A stretch of 64,000 nt of DNA, from the NCBI RefSeq assembly GCF_964355755.1, contig NC_092673.1:11690948-11754947 (forward strand). Reading direction: 5' to 3'. Position 1 is the first letter of the stretch, and each line of letters opens with the position of its first letter. The notes beneath the pieces were generated by a model. It searched no databases. It worked only from the letters and a program-made list of their open reading frames with translations, and was not told the DNA's origin. This stretch comes from Antedon mediterranea (taxonomy: Eukaryota; Animalia; Echinodermata). Shown here piece after piece: positions 36,001 through 49,250 of this stretch. A program made the translations under genes and the position numbers.

Positions 36001-38250
36001 TGTTACAACCGCTAATGTAGAAAACGCCAGCTAATGTCGAAACAACCGTTAATGTAGAACAATCCACCGCTTATGTAGTAAAACCTCCAGCTTATGTAGA
36101 AACACCAACAGCTTATGTAGTAAATAAAAATCAACACCAGCTAATGTAGAAACAGTCAACAGCTTATTTAGTAACGAAAATTGCCTCCCAGCTTATGTAG
36201 TTACTATCGCCAGCTAATGTAGAAAATGTTATATATTTTACAAAAATGTCTAATTCATGTGCAAATGCATCGATCTTTACTTAGCTATCAGTCTTTCCAC
36301 CTCTCGTAAGCAACCAACTTTCTAAAATGACCACACATCGTAATAAGCTACCATCTCTGTTAAGGGACCGCTTCTCATAATCGACCACGTCTCGTAAGGG
36401 ATCACCTCCTCTCATAAGGGACCGCTTCTCATAATCGACCACCTTTCGTAAGCGACCACACCTCTCGTAAATGACCACCTCTTTTAAGGGACCACGACCT
36501 CTTTCTCCCTATTCAATTCAATTCAATTCAATTAAAACTTTATTATCCCCATGGGGAAACTCTGTTGGCCTTTTCAAAAATACAGTACATACAAATATAA
36601 AATGGATACAGTACATAAAATATAAAATACGATAAAAAAAGCCATACAAAATATACATATAAAATCCTAAAAAGTCGATTAAAATACTACAAAAAATAAA
36701 ACTAGCGCATAAAATACGATTATACGATTATATAATGAATGATATTATCATTCATTATATAATCGTATAGCAGCAGGGACGAATGAATTGCCATATCTAT
36801 TTGTTTTAATTTTTCTTTGAAGGAGTCTGTCACAACGTTGACTTTTGTTAAATTTATAGTGCAGAGGATGAGCGTGGTCTTTTAAAATAATTTTCAATTT
36901 TTTAATTACTAATTCCTTATATAAAACTTCAGGTTGAATTTGTTCAGAGCCTACTATTCTACTGCCTTGTTTAACTATTTTATTAAGTAAAAGTCTATCT
37001 TTAAAACGTGAATTACCATAATAACATATTAGGCAAAAACTAAGTACACTGTTTAAGATAGAAGTATAAAAAAGTTGTAAAATAGTACGGTCAATCTTAA
37101 AAGAGTTTAATTTGCGTAGAAAGAAGAGACGTTTTTGTAATTTATTGTATATGCACCTACTATTTGCATCAAATTTAAGTTCATTATCAATTTCAACCCC
37201 TAAATATTTGTAAGTTTTAACTTCCGAAATGGTCTCACCATTAACGGACCGCTTCTCATAATCGACTATCTCCCGTCACAACGACCTCTGGTAAGTGACC
37301 ACCTCTATTGAACGTCCACCGTTTCTATTAAGGGACCGCTTCTTATAATCGACCACCTCTCGTAAGTGATCACCGCCTCTCATAAGGAACCGCTTTTCAT
37401 AATCGACCACCTCTCGTAAGCGACCACCTCTTTTAACGACCACACCTCTCGTAAGTGACCACTTCTTTTAAGGGACCACGACCTCTTTATCTCTATTAAA
37501 TCTTCAATGATGAGAAGCGGTCCCTTAACAGAGACAGTGGTCGTTCAATAGAGGTGGTCACTTTCGAGAGGTCATTGTGATGGGAGATGGTCGATTATGA
37601 GAAGCAGTCCCTTAATAGAGGTGGTGGTCCTTTAAAATAGGTCGTCATTTACGAGAGGTGGGGTCGTTAAGAGAGGTGGTCCTTTAAAAGAGTCGTCACT
37701 GACAATTATGAGAAGCGGTCCTTTAATAGAGAGAAAGAGGTCGTGGTCCCATAAAAGAGGTGGTCACTTATGAGAGGTGTGGTCCTTAAGAAAGGTGGTC
37801 GTTTACGAGAGGTGGTCGATTATGAGAAGTGGTCCCTTATGAGAGGAGGTGATCCCTTACGAGACGTGGTCGATTATGAGAAGCGGTCCCTTAACAGAGA
37901 TGGTTGCTTACGATGTGTGGTCGTTTTAGAAAGTTGGTTGCTTACGAGAGGTGGAAAGACTGATAGCTAAGTAAAGATCGATGCATTTGCACATGAATGA
38001 GACATTTTTGTAAAATATATAACATTTTCTACATTAGCTGGCGATAGTAACTACATAAGCTGGGAGGCAATTTTTGTTACTACATAAGCTGTTGACTGTT
38101 TCTACATTAGCTGGTGTTGATTTTTATTTACTACATAAGCTGTTGGTGTTTCTACATAAGCTGGAGGTTTTACTACATAAGCGGTTGGTTGTTCTACATT
38201 AACGGTTGTTTCGACATTAGCTGGCGTTTTCTACATTAACGGTTGTAACA
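36001..38250. mobile_element. Long-TIR non-autonomous DNA transposon with TGT...ACA termini and a 5-bp TSD (Ginger-like)
   Basis: ctgct|TGTTACAACCG...CGGTTGTAACA|ctgct; ~500-bp near-identical inverted arms (36001-36510 vs ~37730-38250). Confidence 0.85.
36511..37245 (-). mobile_element. 5'-truncated Rex1/Babar-like LINE 3' end nested in the DNA transposon, with a (TGAAT)n tail
   Basis: Uninterrupted frame VNGETISEVKTYKYLGVEIDNELKF...QKRLFFLRKLNSFKIDRTILQLFYTSILNSVLSFCLICYYGN...ILKDHAHPLH...KTNRYGNSFVPAAIRLYNE*. Confidence 0.85.
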
Positions 38251-38618
38251 CTGCTTATAAATTGCACTTTATACCTAAAATGTTAGGCCTAGGCCTAAAA
38301 AAGACCTTTTTGCCCGTTTGGGGTCGGGAGGTGGGAAGTGGTTGCGGCCGCACCACTCTCGCACCCCAGCCAACCCCACGCACCTGCTTTTGGGTTTATC
38401 CAATTTTAATAATATGATCCTTTGATCGTAATGTAACATTTTATATTTCATTTTTTCATTATGGGAGTGTTTAATTAAATTAACCGATTCAGTTGCTGTT
38501 GACTGCGTTTTATTTCACAAACGATATTTTCTTTCCTTCCGAAAATCACGAAAAAACCTACTTGTCTCAGACTTATTATTGTCAGATTCTGATTATTGGG
38601 GGAAACAAGTGTCATAAA

Positions 38619-38942
38619 CAACGGCGCAGATTCGTTTTGAATAGTGGGGGACGTATAAAAATTAAATAATGCAAATGCAAAGCGAGCAATATTAGGCTGG
38701 GGGCCAGGGGAAGCAAGGGCGCCCGGTCGGGGTCCAAGCGGCGAACCCTGGAAGCCACTGGTTATATTCACGCAAAATCTATTCTTTAGATACTGTATTT
38801 TCTGAAATTAGGTCTACATACGACGGTACGTCATGCGTATCATAGAAGTCTTACTTCTATTCATTTCAACAATTTAATGATTTTGCTGTCGAAAAGCGAG
38901 GGGGACAATCCTTCACTAAAAATATATATATCTGCGCCGGTG
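38619..38942. mobile_element. hAT-type MITE with an 8-bp TSD
   Basis: gtcataaa|CAACGGCGCAGAT...ATCTGCGCCGGTG|gtcataaa (12/13 TIR match). Confidence 0.85.
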
Positions 38943-40519
38943 GTCATAAACAGCAGTTGGAAATAATATATTTTTCTTTTAAATCAATTAGGCCTAGTAA
39001 CCGTGCGTTTTTATTTTGTGTAGAGGAAAGTAGGCATTATGACGCAGAAAATTGGAAAGAGGCAATGATGTAAATTAAACTCCACCCATTATCTGCCATT
39101 AAGGGACTAGGTATTTCCAAGTTAATTAATAAAAAGTACATAAAAACATAGTTCATTAATTCTGTCGTGCACAATTCAGTACTGTGTTACAATATTTAAC
39201 ATGATTTTTAATCGATTAGGCCTACAGTAAAATGGTATACAAATAACGAATGTTTATGTGGAATGGTAATAATACCATTACGTGAATAATGATAGCATGG
39301 AAGCTATAGATTTTGTATTGCTTTATGATGAAAGGTTATATTTCAACCTTTCATAATTCACCAAATGACATTATTTTTTTAATCAGATTGAATAAAAAAA
39401 TAAAAAGTAGGCCTAGGCGAACACACCTATTGTATTGTTAATTATGTCAACAAACGAACATTCTTAGACCTTGGCTAAAGGGGATCTGAGTGGAGGCTAG
39501 TCAAGTCGCCCAGGTCGCATTACCTCAGCAACATCAGAGAGGAAGCCCCCTGATGAGGCCTAATTACTCCCACGGTCGTATAGCAAGCCGATTTATCATT
39601 TACCTCTAAATTAACAACACATTCAACTTCAAGTGCAATACATTCGACTTAAGTTTAAATGATTTGCACTGAATTGCAATTAGACTTTAAATGCAAATTT
39701 TAATTAATTTAATTGCACTGAAGCGTAAATGAAGTGTCATTACGGTGGTCAATTCGACTTCAGTGCAATTGTATTTCACTTCAGTGCAATTGTATTTCAC
39801 TTAAAAATACTTATTTTATTCATGGTCTTAACTCTTACGCACCCAAGTTAATTAAATTCACCTACACAGTGCAGTGAATCAAAGATCGAATTTTTAGATT
39901 AAGCAACATGGTGGATAATGTTCTTTTGTCTGTTTTTAAACTCTTCGTATTATGTTAGTACAACATTAGCATTGCAACAGAGCAATACCCACTACGATCT
40001 TGTAAAGATACAGTTGACGGGGACCGGGAAAAGTGGCCGCTTACGGGAGGTGACCGCTACGCATGATATTTTTCGGCGTTCTTAACGCAATAATGGACCT
40101 CTAAATTCTCCAGCTAATTGTATTTTATTGTTTATGATCAGGTGGATTAGTATTATTTATTTTCAGACAAATTTTAGAATTTTATTTTGAATTCATATTA
40201 AAATATACTGTATAGGGATGAAAGTCCCGTTATTCTAATTTTTTGTATATAAATTCAAAGTTTCCTGCACATCTACAGTTTAAGGTCAATCTTCTGACAA
40301 AGTTATACGATGTTACAAGATATACGTGACACAAAATTCGAAAGAAGAACAAGATAGAAAGATTTGAACTCGTTACTGACGAGTTCGGGTTATCCGCGCA
40401 AATGCAACATGCACATACATTAAAATATGACCGCCGACAATTATTATGCCATCATATGACATGAATTAAATATGTGTACAGTGCTGAATTGTACCTATTT
40501 TGTGTCATAAAGCCGCACC

Positions 40520-40927
40520 TTAAATCTTCTAATAGTAACCCCCTTCTAATAGTAACCCACCTTATAAGTCTATCTATAATAATAACTCTAATAGTAACCC
40601 TATTAGAGTCACAAAAACTATTGACAAAATGGCATTATGAAGACGTTTATGATGAAGCAGTATTTTGAAAATAAGGAGATAATGCATGTTGATCTCGGGA
40701 GTGGGGGAGGATTGAGTGTTTTTGAGTTTATAAAATAAACAAATGTGTTTATTCGTACTGTTTTATTATTTTGCTATGAGTTGCTGACCTAAAAAGTTAG
40801 GGTGGGTTACTATATTCAGGTGCCTAATTTAAGATTAGTAATAGTAACCCGCTACTCTAATAGTAACCCACCCTAAAAAACAATCAAAGAATAATAAGCC
40901 AGGGTTACAATTAGAAGATTTACTGTA
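40520..40927. mobile_element. Tc1/mariner-like MITE remnant with CTAATAGTAACCC repeats
   Basis: TAAATCTTCTAATAGTAACCC ... GGGTTACAATTAGAAGATTTACTGta. Confidence 0.6.
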
Positions 40928-42273
40928 GCCTAACAGTATTAACGGAATACACTGTAGGCACCAAATGCACTAACTAGATAAGAAGAACAAACAGGCTTTT
41001 GAAAGTGCGGCCGTTAAGGGAAGTGGCCGTATGGCAAGCTGTTTTACCATGATGATTTACCTAAACGTAAGTTGAATTCATTGCACTTCAGTGCAATACA
41101 TTTTATTTGCAATGAAGTTATGCATTGCACTTAACTCTAATTTTATTGGAAAAAAATTAGTAGTATTTAACGAATATCGTTTAATAGTGCGTACTATGGA
41201 CGCACGCCATGTCATCCATAATCAAATAAAAATGACAGTATGGGGATGCATATATTATTGTAACACAATAGGTAGAATAATCTAAGATAGAAAAATTTGA
41301 ACACAAACATTCTCATGATTGCAACATTTTGAAAATACATATTTTATTTAATAAAATATATTTTGTAGTTGTATATGGTTTTAAAAAAGCCAGTGAAATG
41401 GTATTATCAAATGATAAAAAGGATAAAAATAATAAATATGCGATTTATAAATAAAAACATGTATTAAATTGAAATATTGATATAAACATAACATAATCTA
41501 ACCCAACTCAAAGATGACACAATTACAATGCTCTTTAGAAATTTATGTATATAGGCATTGGAAGAAATTCTAAACCACCAGGTAATATACTGAATAATTA
41601 AAATATAAATATTTTACATATTCATAAGTATTTATAAATATATATTTGAATCAAGGTATTTTGATCCAGATCTGGCTTTACATAACCTTTCATTTATGAT
41701 TTTATGAGGCAATGTATTTTAGTTACTAAACTTTATACTTTAATCAAGGACTTATATTATAGGTCCATGCATTAAAACACATCAACAGCAATTGTCTTTG
41801 TTATCTCACTTATTGTTACAGCTGGAATGAAAACATTGGATGAAATATTTTTTTACATAATGTAATAATAAATTTGTAAATTTTGTAGGATAAAAGCATA
41901 ATTTCTTAATGAATACGCTAGAAAACTGTTATGCTCTGCTCTTATATTCAACATAATTTTGACTACGCATGTTCATATGGTATTCTGCAAAGAAATGTAA
42001 AAGCAAATTAGAAATCTTGCAAAATAATAAGGTTTTGTATAATACTAAATCAAAAGTCAAAGTATCATGTAGGACAAAAAGAGCTTGAAAATTAAATCTA
42101 TTTAATGCTGAAGATAGAGTTATTAATTTAAAGATTGACTGCTACACCATACTTAAATGTTTAATAAATTTGTGATCAACGACACAACAACAATTGACCG
42201 TACCTCTACGCTACTGCCACAAGTGCATGGAACAAACTATCAAGTGTTATTAAAAACACAAAGATTAAGATCA

Positions 42274-42975
42274 TTTTTAGTCGCGTGGACGCGACTAAAA
42301 ATTCACTCTGTCGGTCGGTCCGGTATCACTATGCGTTTTATCGCTTTCTGGCCTTATCTTGATATCAGTTTAATCTAGCTAAGCCAATTTTTCACAGTAT
42401 ATTCCTTATGGCCAGGAATCGATGTGGTTATGTTTTCACGGTGAGCAATAAAAAATTACGCGGTCTACGCACGATTTAATGAAATCATGTTTGTAATCAT
42501 ATCTTCACAACCATGAATCACAATTAAATAAAATTTGGTACTCATAAATTTCAGGCCATAAATCATCATATGGCAATACAATTACGTGCGTAGCGCATGT
42601 AACGCATTCGTACGCGTGCTTAAAATTTTCAAAATTTATTTTCGATGAAATAAGAGTACGTTTCAGGCAATTTTAAGCGTTTACAAAATTGCCATGAGTG
42701 CGCAGATTTTTTCGCGCGCACTGCGCGTTAAATGTTGTTACGCACTCATTTTGCCCGATTTCTGTTTTCTTGACTTACTTTTCAACTCGAAATTACGTTA
42801 TACGAGCACGTCAAAAGTGACAGGCTACGCACGTGTAAATTAAAAAAATATAAATGTTTTAAAACATTTCAACATTTTTAAACATGTTCAGTAATTTCGG
42901 TCAGTTGGTAGGTTGGTCGGTCGGTCGGTAAACACTAATGAGCACGCGACTGCAGCCATCTATATGGCTTTGTTC
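42274..42975 (+). mobile_element. Helentron-associated (DINE-1/HINE-like) element
   Basis: TTTTTAGTCGCGTGGACGCGACT start, (GTCG)n microsatellites, subterminal CACGCGACT, terminal hairpin GCCATctatATGGC then TTTGTT. Confidence 0.7.
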
Positions 42976-43209
42976 CCCTTTGTGTTGCATAACTAATGCG
43001 GATACCCACTTTGAAAGTGATTTTGTTGGTGTTGTTCTGTAACAAGATCAGACAAACTTAGCCCATTGAAGATGGATTGCCAATCAAGTTATATTATACA
43101 CCCAATTTCTGTGCACATATTTTAATGAAAATAAAAAAAAAATTATCATTATTGTACAGTATATATATTACAATATACACAATAAAATATGCTGATTAAT
43201 TCAGTTAGT

Positions 43210-43709
43210 TCAAATTCTTTGAAGTTCTGAATTGCCATTTGCTATTTCCAAATTTTGCATTGTTGTTAAATTTGGATCAAGTAGCTTCACAGCTCCCCCA
43301 ACAAGATGTAAACTCCCTGTGACAAGTACTTGGACATGTACAGCATTCTCAAGCTTAATAGGAACAGCAGGACTATCTTGTAATGGCTTCAACTTACTGT
43401 CCTTAATGCCAACTAACCACCACATTGCACTAGAAATACATTGAAACACAGCATTATTTTTTACAAATGCTTCTTTACTGTCCATTACATGTTGTTTCTT
43501 TACAACCTCTGTGTTTGTAACATCAATGTGTTTTTCATGGAACTGTGTATCTAGTGGTTGAAATGAATTCCCATTGCTCCTTTTCTCCCCTGAATTGCCA
43601 ATACAGTGTGAAACTGTATCTGTTGTTTTTAACAAGGACTCATAAATAGCATTGTTACCATGACATCTGGAAAGTTGTTTGCTTAAGGTAGTATTATAAT
43701 TTGTTTGAT
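43210..43709 (-). CDS. FPGS: FPGS last coding exon
   Basis: cag|(D)QTNYNTTLSKQLSRC...VFQCISSAMWWL...HVQVLVTGSLHLVGGAVKLLDP...*, 500 nt. Confidence 0.93.
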
Positions 43710-43913
43710 CTGTAAAAAGAAAAATTACCCTGTTTTACAAAAAAAGTAAAACAAATTACATAATAAATATGGAACATTCAGATCTTGTGTGTGGACAACA
43801 ACGACAAGATGAAAGCACTAAAACTGTCAGGTTAATTTAAATGTTGTTTGAATTTGAATCCCTGAACAAGATATTTTGACTTATAATTGATTTCACAAAA
43901 CATGAAGGATTAC

Positions 43914-43983
43914 CTGCTGAATTTCCTGAGGTATCTGAAGTGACAATATTAGGACAGAATGCAACAGCATCAAATTTACATGT
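43914..43983 (-). CDS. FPGS: FPGS internal exon
   Basis: tag|TCKFDAVAFCPNIVTSDTSGNSA + G|gt, 70 nt. Confidence 0.9.
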
Positions 43984-45003
43984 CTAAAATTAAAGAAAAA
44001 TATTTAGTTAAAGATCTATTGTCCCTTTGACTAATTCCAAAAAAAAATTTAAAAAAAGATTTCGAAAAAAAGTAGGTCATTTTGAAGTATCATAATAGTT
44101 ATAAACTTTCACAAAAAATTAGTCGAAAAAAAATTGTTTAACTGAAATACAGACGTTTTTTGTTCAAAAAATAACTTTGACTTCCAGTCAAAGTTTTTGA
44201 TCAAAACATATCTCATAATGCAACGCGCTTGTTTGGCTAATCTGTATGCATAATCATAAAACTTCCTAACGATCTGTGTGAAAACACCTTCTCAACCGTG
44301 ACGAGTTGTAAACAATCCTAATTAGCATCATGCATAATGCGTACTCGTGGTTTGAAATCTTTGTTTACTTTTGCTCGCGACGATTTTCCAGATGAAATGT
44401 AATCAAACTAATTTACCTGTTAATTACGTAAACTTGTTGTTTTTGGCTCAAATTTTCGACTTAAAGTGAATAATTTTAATATTACTTTGATATGGCCAAT
44501 TTAAATTTAGAATATTTTGACATTCATTTTTTTTTGTGTTTCAAGGGAAAATACATCTTTAAATGTATAACTATACAAAACTGGCTGAATATATAATTTC
44601 TATTTATAACACACCAAAGCTACATTAACGAAACGGTAGACAGCATTGGTGACCCTAAACAACATTATGCTGACAAGCAAGGGGAACTTATATAAACAGG
44701 TGATACAAACATCAATAAAAATAGTTATAGAAAAAAAAATATCACAAAACATAAACTATATAAAAATATACTTAGGTGATGAAATACTGTACCGTATTTA
44801 TTTGAATAAACATTATTCTCCAAAGGAGAAATTAATTTGCTCAGAGTTAATTAAAATATGTATATATTTAAAAATATCAATATCAGAAGCTTTACATAGA
44901 AATGATTATTATAAAAAGTACTATAAAACAATACATATAAAGAGAAGATATGTACAAATAAATACATTTAAAAACAAACCCCAATACTAACACTCATAAA
45001 TAC

Positions 45004-46080
45004 AACTAGATTTGAACTCGTCACGGTGACGAGTTAGGCTACCGCGTTGCGCATTGTAACATGCACATGGTATTTATAGTCTACAATAGGCTGCACTACA
45101 ACAATTGTACAATCAGCATGCAATCGTTCAGTATGCTGTTTTGGTATTGGCATTTTTATTTTACATCGCTTACGTTTATTTAATTGTTTGAATATGATGA
45201 CCTTTTCAAATTAAAAATAAAGTTCATATGTCTGAAGGAGAATGTTTTGAGTAATAACATAACTGAAAATTGGAAGAAAATTGATAAAGTTTACGCGATA
45301 TACGCTCTATTGAATGAGACGAATTGTGTCAAAAGAGACAATCCAATTTTTAAAATTCAGATAGCCATATGATGACATAACATATTTACGGTCTAAATTT
45401 TTACCTGAATTCATATCTACAACTCATTACTCTTATAATACATGTAAGTTACAAAAATAGAGGGTCACCATCCATCCCGGAGAGCTATAATCGATTCAAA
45501 ATAGGCATATTTTTACACAAATTTGCATAAAATTACCCATTTTCAGGCGCACGATTGTTAAAGTTTGACGCGCATGTGTGTCATAATTTTACATTCATAA
45601 TTCATCAAAAATTAAAGGAACTTATCACAAAAGGTATACAGAACAACAATCAAGTGCAAAAACGGTCTTTCTAAGCTGCGTACGAGCCATGTACGCAAAG
45701 CGCGCGTGCAAAGCAAAGTTTTTTTAAAAATGTGAAATGCTTAAAATGTCCTGAAACGTGATTAGAAATTGATTTTGAGCATTTCAAAGCGTGCATACGC
45801 GCGAAAATACCAAGGTTCAAAATTATGCTGATGATACAGGAAGATGACCAACATAAAGAATATGTGTGTCAAGTTGTATTTAAAAATATCTATTGGTTTC
45901 TAATTTATAGTCAATCTAAGAATTTAAAAAAACCTAACTACGCGACCATATTTTCATTAAACCAAAGTATGTTGCACAACTACATATATACGTGCATCTG
46001 CTGGCCAAGTTACAACATAACTGCTATTGCCGTTTTCGAGATCTGTGAGGAACAAAATATGAGCAGAAAAAATGAATTTT
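45004..46080 (-). mobile_element. Helitron/Helentron-like non-autonomous element; distal boundary approximate
   Basis: AACTAGATTTGAACTCGTCACGGTGACGAGTT terminus; internal sequence is similar, in inverse orientation, to 42400-42850. Confidence 0.6.
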
Positions 46081-46519
46081 TTTAACAATAACAATGGGCT
46101 ATATTATCTTATCATTTTCGTCGTCGTTATTATTATTATTTCATTTCATTTCTTATTTCAATGTATTACTGTGCATTATCTCATATGATTCATATTGAAA
46201 AACTTGATGCTCATTGGGACAAATGAATAAAGATAACGATTGGTGCGGGAGTATGGCAGTCGCATCCTAGCACTTCTAGGTAATAATAGACCAGCCTATC
46301 ATGAAGTGGATGACTATTATCATCTAGGATACACATAAACAATCTCACCACATGTGTGTGAACAGACTCAACACAGACTAGAGCCAGTTAAATTACCTAC
46401 TTTCTTTCAACGCGTTACTACCCCCCGCTGTAATACAATAAGCCCATACACCACAAATAATGGATTGGTAGAACATAGTAAGGATTGCCCAAGCAATGCA
46501 GTATCATTAGCAAACCTTT

Positions 46520-49250
46520 TTTATTTATTTTATTTCAACTTTATTTATAGAGGGTAACCCTTCCAGCTGATATCCAGGGGCCCTCTTAAAAATGACAAAA
46601 TATATAAAACTATACTTAACTAATACGAATCTACTATATACATTTAAATTTAAAACAATTATCTAAAAAAATAATTATCTAAAAAAATAATTATCTAAAA
46701 AATGTTCAATTAGACAATTACGATTTAATGTGTTTTTAAAAATTAAATTTAAACGAGTTAATATTGGTACATTCTTTTAAAACAGAAGGTAATAAATTAT
46801 ATAAAATACAAGCAGAATAAATAAAAGAGCGCCGGAAACATTTCAATTTTACTTTGGGTACCAGTAAGTCGCCCCTGGAAGCAGCCCTAGTCCTCATAGA
46901 GCGTATCAGAACAGTGGATAATAGTTGGGTGATGTATCGAGGGGCAATATTGTTCATAGCTTTGAAAGCTAGGCAGCCTACCTGGTACTGCACCCTCTGT
47001 GACACATTCATGATGTGTAGAGATGTTAGAAGAATGTGAGTGCTGGTGCGAGGCGGAGCTTGAAGAACAACGATTTTGAAGTTTTTGAATCTTGTTAATG
47101 TTTGTTTTACTTCCGGTGCTCCAGAGAAGAGCACCGTAGTCAATGTGTGGTAAAATTAATGTGTTGTAAAATAAATGTGCTGTACGTTTGTCAAGATATT
47201 TTCTAATTCGTGCAAGTGTGTGGATTTTGAAAGAAAGTGTAGAGCTCAACTTACTGACATGGGTATGCTAGTTAAGTTGATTGTCAATGTGCACACCTAA
47301 GTGTTTGTGGTTAGTTACTACTTTGATCGGTTGTCCAGCAGTCGATACATCTATTGTTTTGTGTTTGAGCCGCTGAGGGACGCCAATTAACATCGCCTCA
47401 GTTTTGTCAGTGTGTAATGATAATCGGTTAGAGGTGAGCCATGTGTTAATTAGTGAGAGGTCAGAGTTGATGTTTCTGTTAATGATATGTATGTTAGAGT
47501 GCGAATATTAGAGGGTGGAATCATCAGCATAAAGATCAAGAGTGCCATGTTCTAGAACAGTGGCAAAATCATTGATGTAAATTGTGAATAACAAGGGTCC
47601 AAGAATGGACCCCTGAGGTATACCGTGTGTTATGGTTACAAAATTAGAATAAGTATTTTTGAATTTAACTGTTTGAGTGCGGTTAGTTAGATATGATGTG
47701 AACCACTCGATGCCAGATGAGGATACACCACACCGAGTCAGTTTTCTAAGCATGATCTTGTGGTTGACCGTGTCAAAAGCTTTTCTTAAATCTATGAAAA
47801 CTGACCCGGTGAGGAGACCCTCATTCATAGCATCGAGCCAGTTGTCACAAGTGTTAGTAAGTGCTGTAGTGGTAGAGAAGTGTTTCCTAAAGCCTGATTG
47901 GTTATCTGAGAGAATGTTCTGTGCTGTAAGATAGTCATAGAGTTGGATATGAGCAGCGCGTTCGATGATTTTAGAGAGGATTGGTAAAACGGATATAGGT
48001 CGATAATTGTTGAGTTCGTCCTTGGCCCCACTTTTGTATATGGGAACTTTGGAAAAATACCAGATAAAAGTGAAAGATTACAGATATATCACAGAAGGCG
48101 CAATAACAGGGGCTGCCAACTTGAGCAATTTGATAGGGTAACAATTTACTCCAAGCGACGTTCCACAGTCCAATCGACTAAGCTGTTCCAGAACAGACTC
48201 ACAAGATACCCTCTGAAAATCAAATTGAGAATCAAATAAAGGTAAGTAAGAACATGGATCAACATTATAAGTGCATTGTCAAGATGAGTAGCTATATTTA
48301 CAAATTAATCATTATATGCAGTACTAATTTCATTTTCATTACAAGAAGCATGACCATTGATCCTAACAGAAGATGGCAACCAGTTAGACTTTGATGAGAT
48401 CAAATGTTTCATTCCTTTCCACATCTTGCTGGTGTCATTTGCAGATTCAATTAAAAAGTTCCTATAATAATTAACTTTTGACTTTCTACACATTTTATTA
48501 ATCTGATTTCTTAATTTTTTAATTTTTAACCATAATTCAGCTTGACCGTTTGGTTTTGCCTTTGACTTTAATCTATCACGTTCGTACATCAGAATCAATA
48601 TGTCATCACGACCTTTTAACCACAAGGGCAAACTTTTTTTTAAACGTTTCGTTTTTTTCTGGAGCATGGACATTAATTACTCCACCAAGGAAATTGTGAA
48701 GAACTTTTAAACAGACGTTCACGTCATCAAGTTGAGGAATTATGTTCCAAGGTAGTTTTTTCAGGTCATTAATGAAGTTATCCTCATTGAAATTTCGGAA
48801 GTCCCTGAAGGTCCGCTGATCATGTTCATTCTTAGGGGGTTTGATACGTATTGATGTAAAAATAAAGTCATGATCACTTATGTCCGACGACAACGTTGCA
48901 TTGTTGTTGTGTAATTCCTTGTTGGTTGTGAGTATAACATCAATTAACGTTTGAGAGTCTCTGGTCGTACGCGTTGCATTCGGGAAAATCTGTGTCAGAT
49001 TGAATAAGTCCATGATATGCATGAGACTGTTTCTATTCGTGTGTGGTTTCAGCATATCCACATTAAGATCGCCTAGCATGATAAAATCCTTGGAATCACA
49101 ATAGTCTTCCAGGAAACTCTCAAGATGAGTAAAATATATCGCAGGCGAGTTTGGGGGTCTGTAGACAACTGATGCCCGTGTTGCAACTGAAGCCACATGA
49201 ATTTCTACAAGAAGGGATTCGATACTAGCATGTTTAGGATCCACGATTAA
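46520..49250 (-). mobile_element. CR1/L2-group LINE ORF2 (AP endonuclease + RT), frameshifted, in an FPGS intron
   Basis: VVYRPPNS, IMLGDLNVD, TLIDVILT, ISDHDFIF (APE); NYRPISVLP, QSGFR, VFIDLRKAFDTVNH, GIPQGSILGPLLFTIYIND, LYADDSTL (RT); A-rich tail near 46520. Confidence 0.92.

Noticed and set aside
36281-37970. Twin ORFs ...VVDYEKRSL...TRGGKTDS on opposite strands
   Set aside because: Translations of the inverted arms of a non-autonomous transposon
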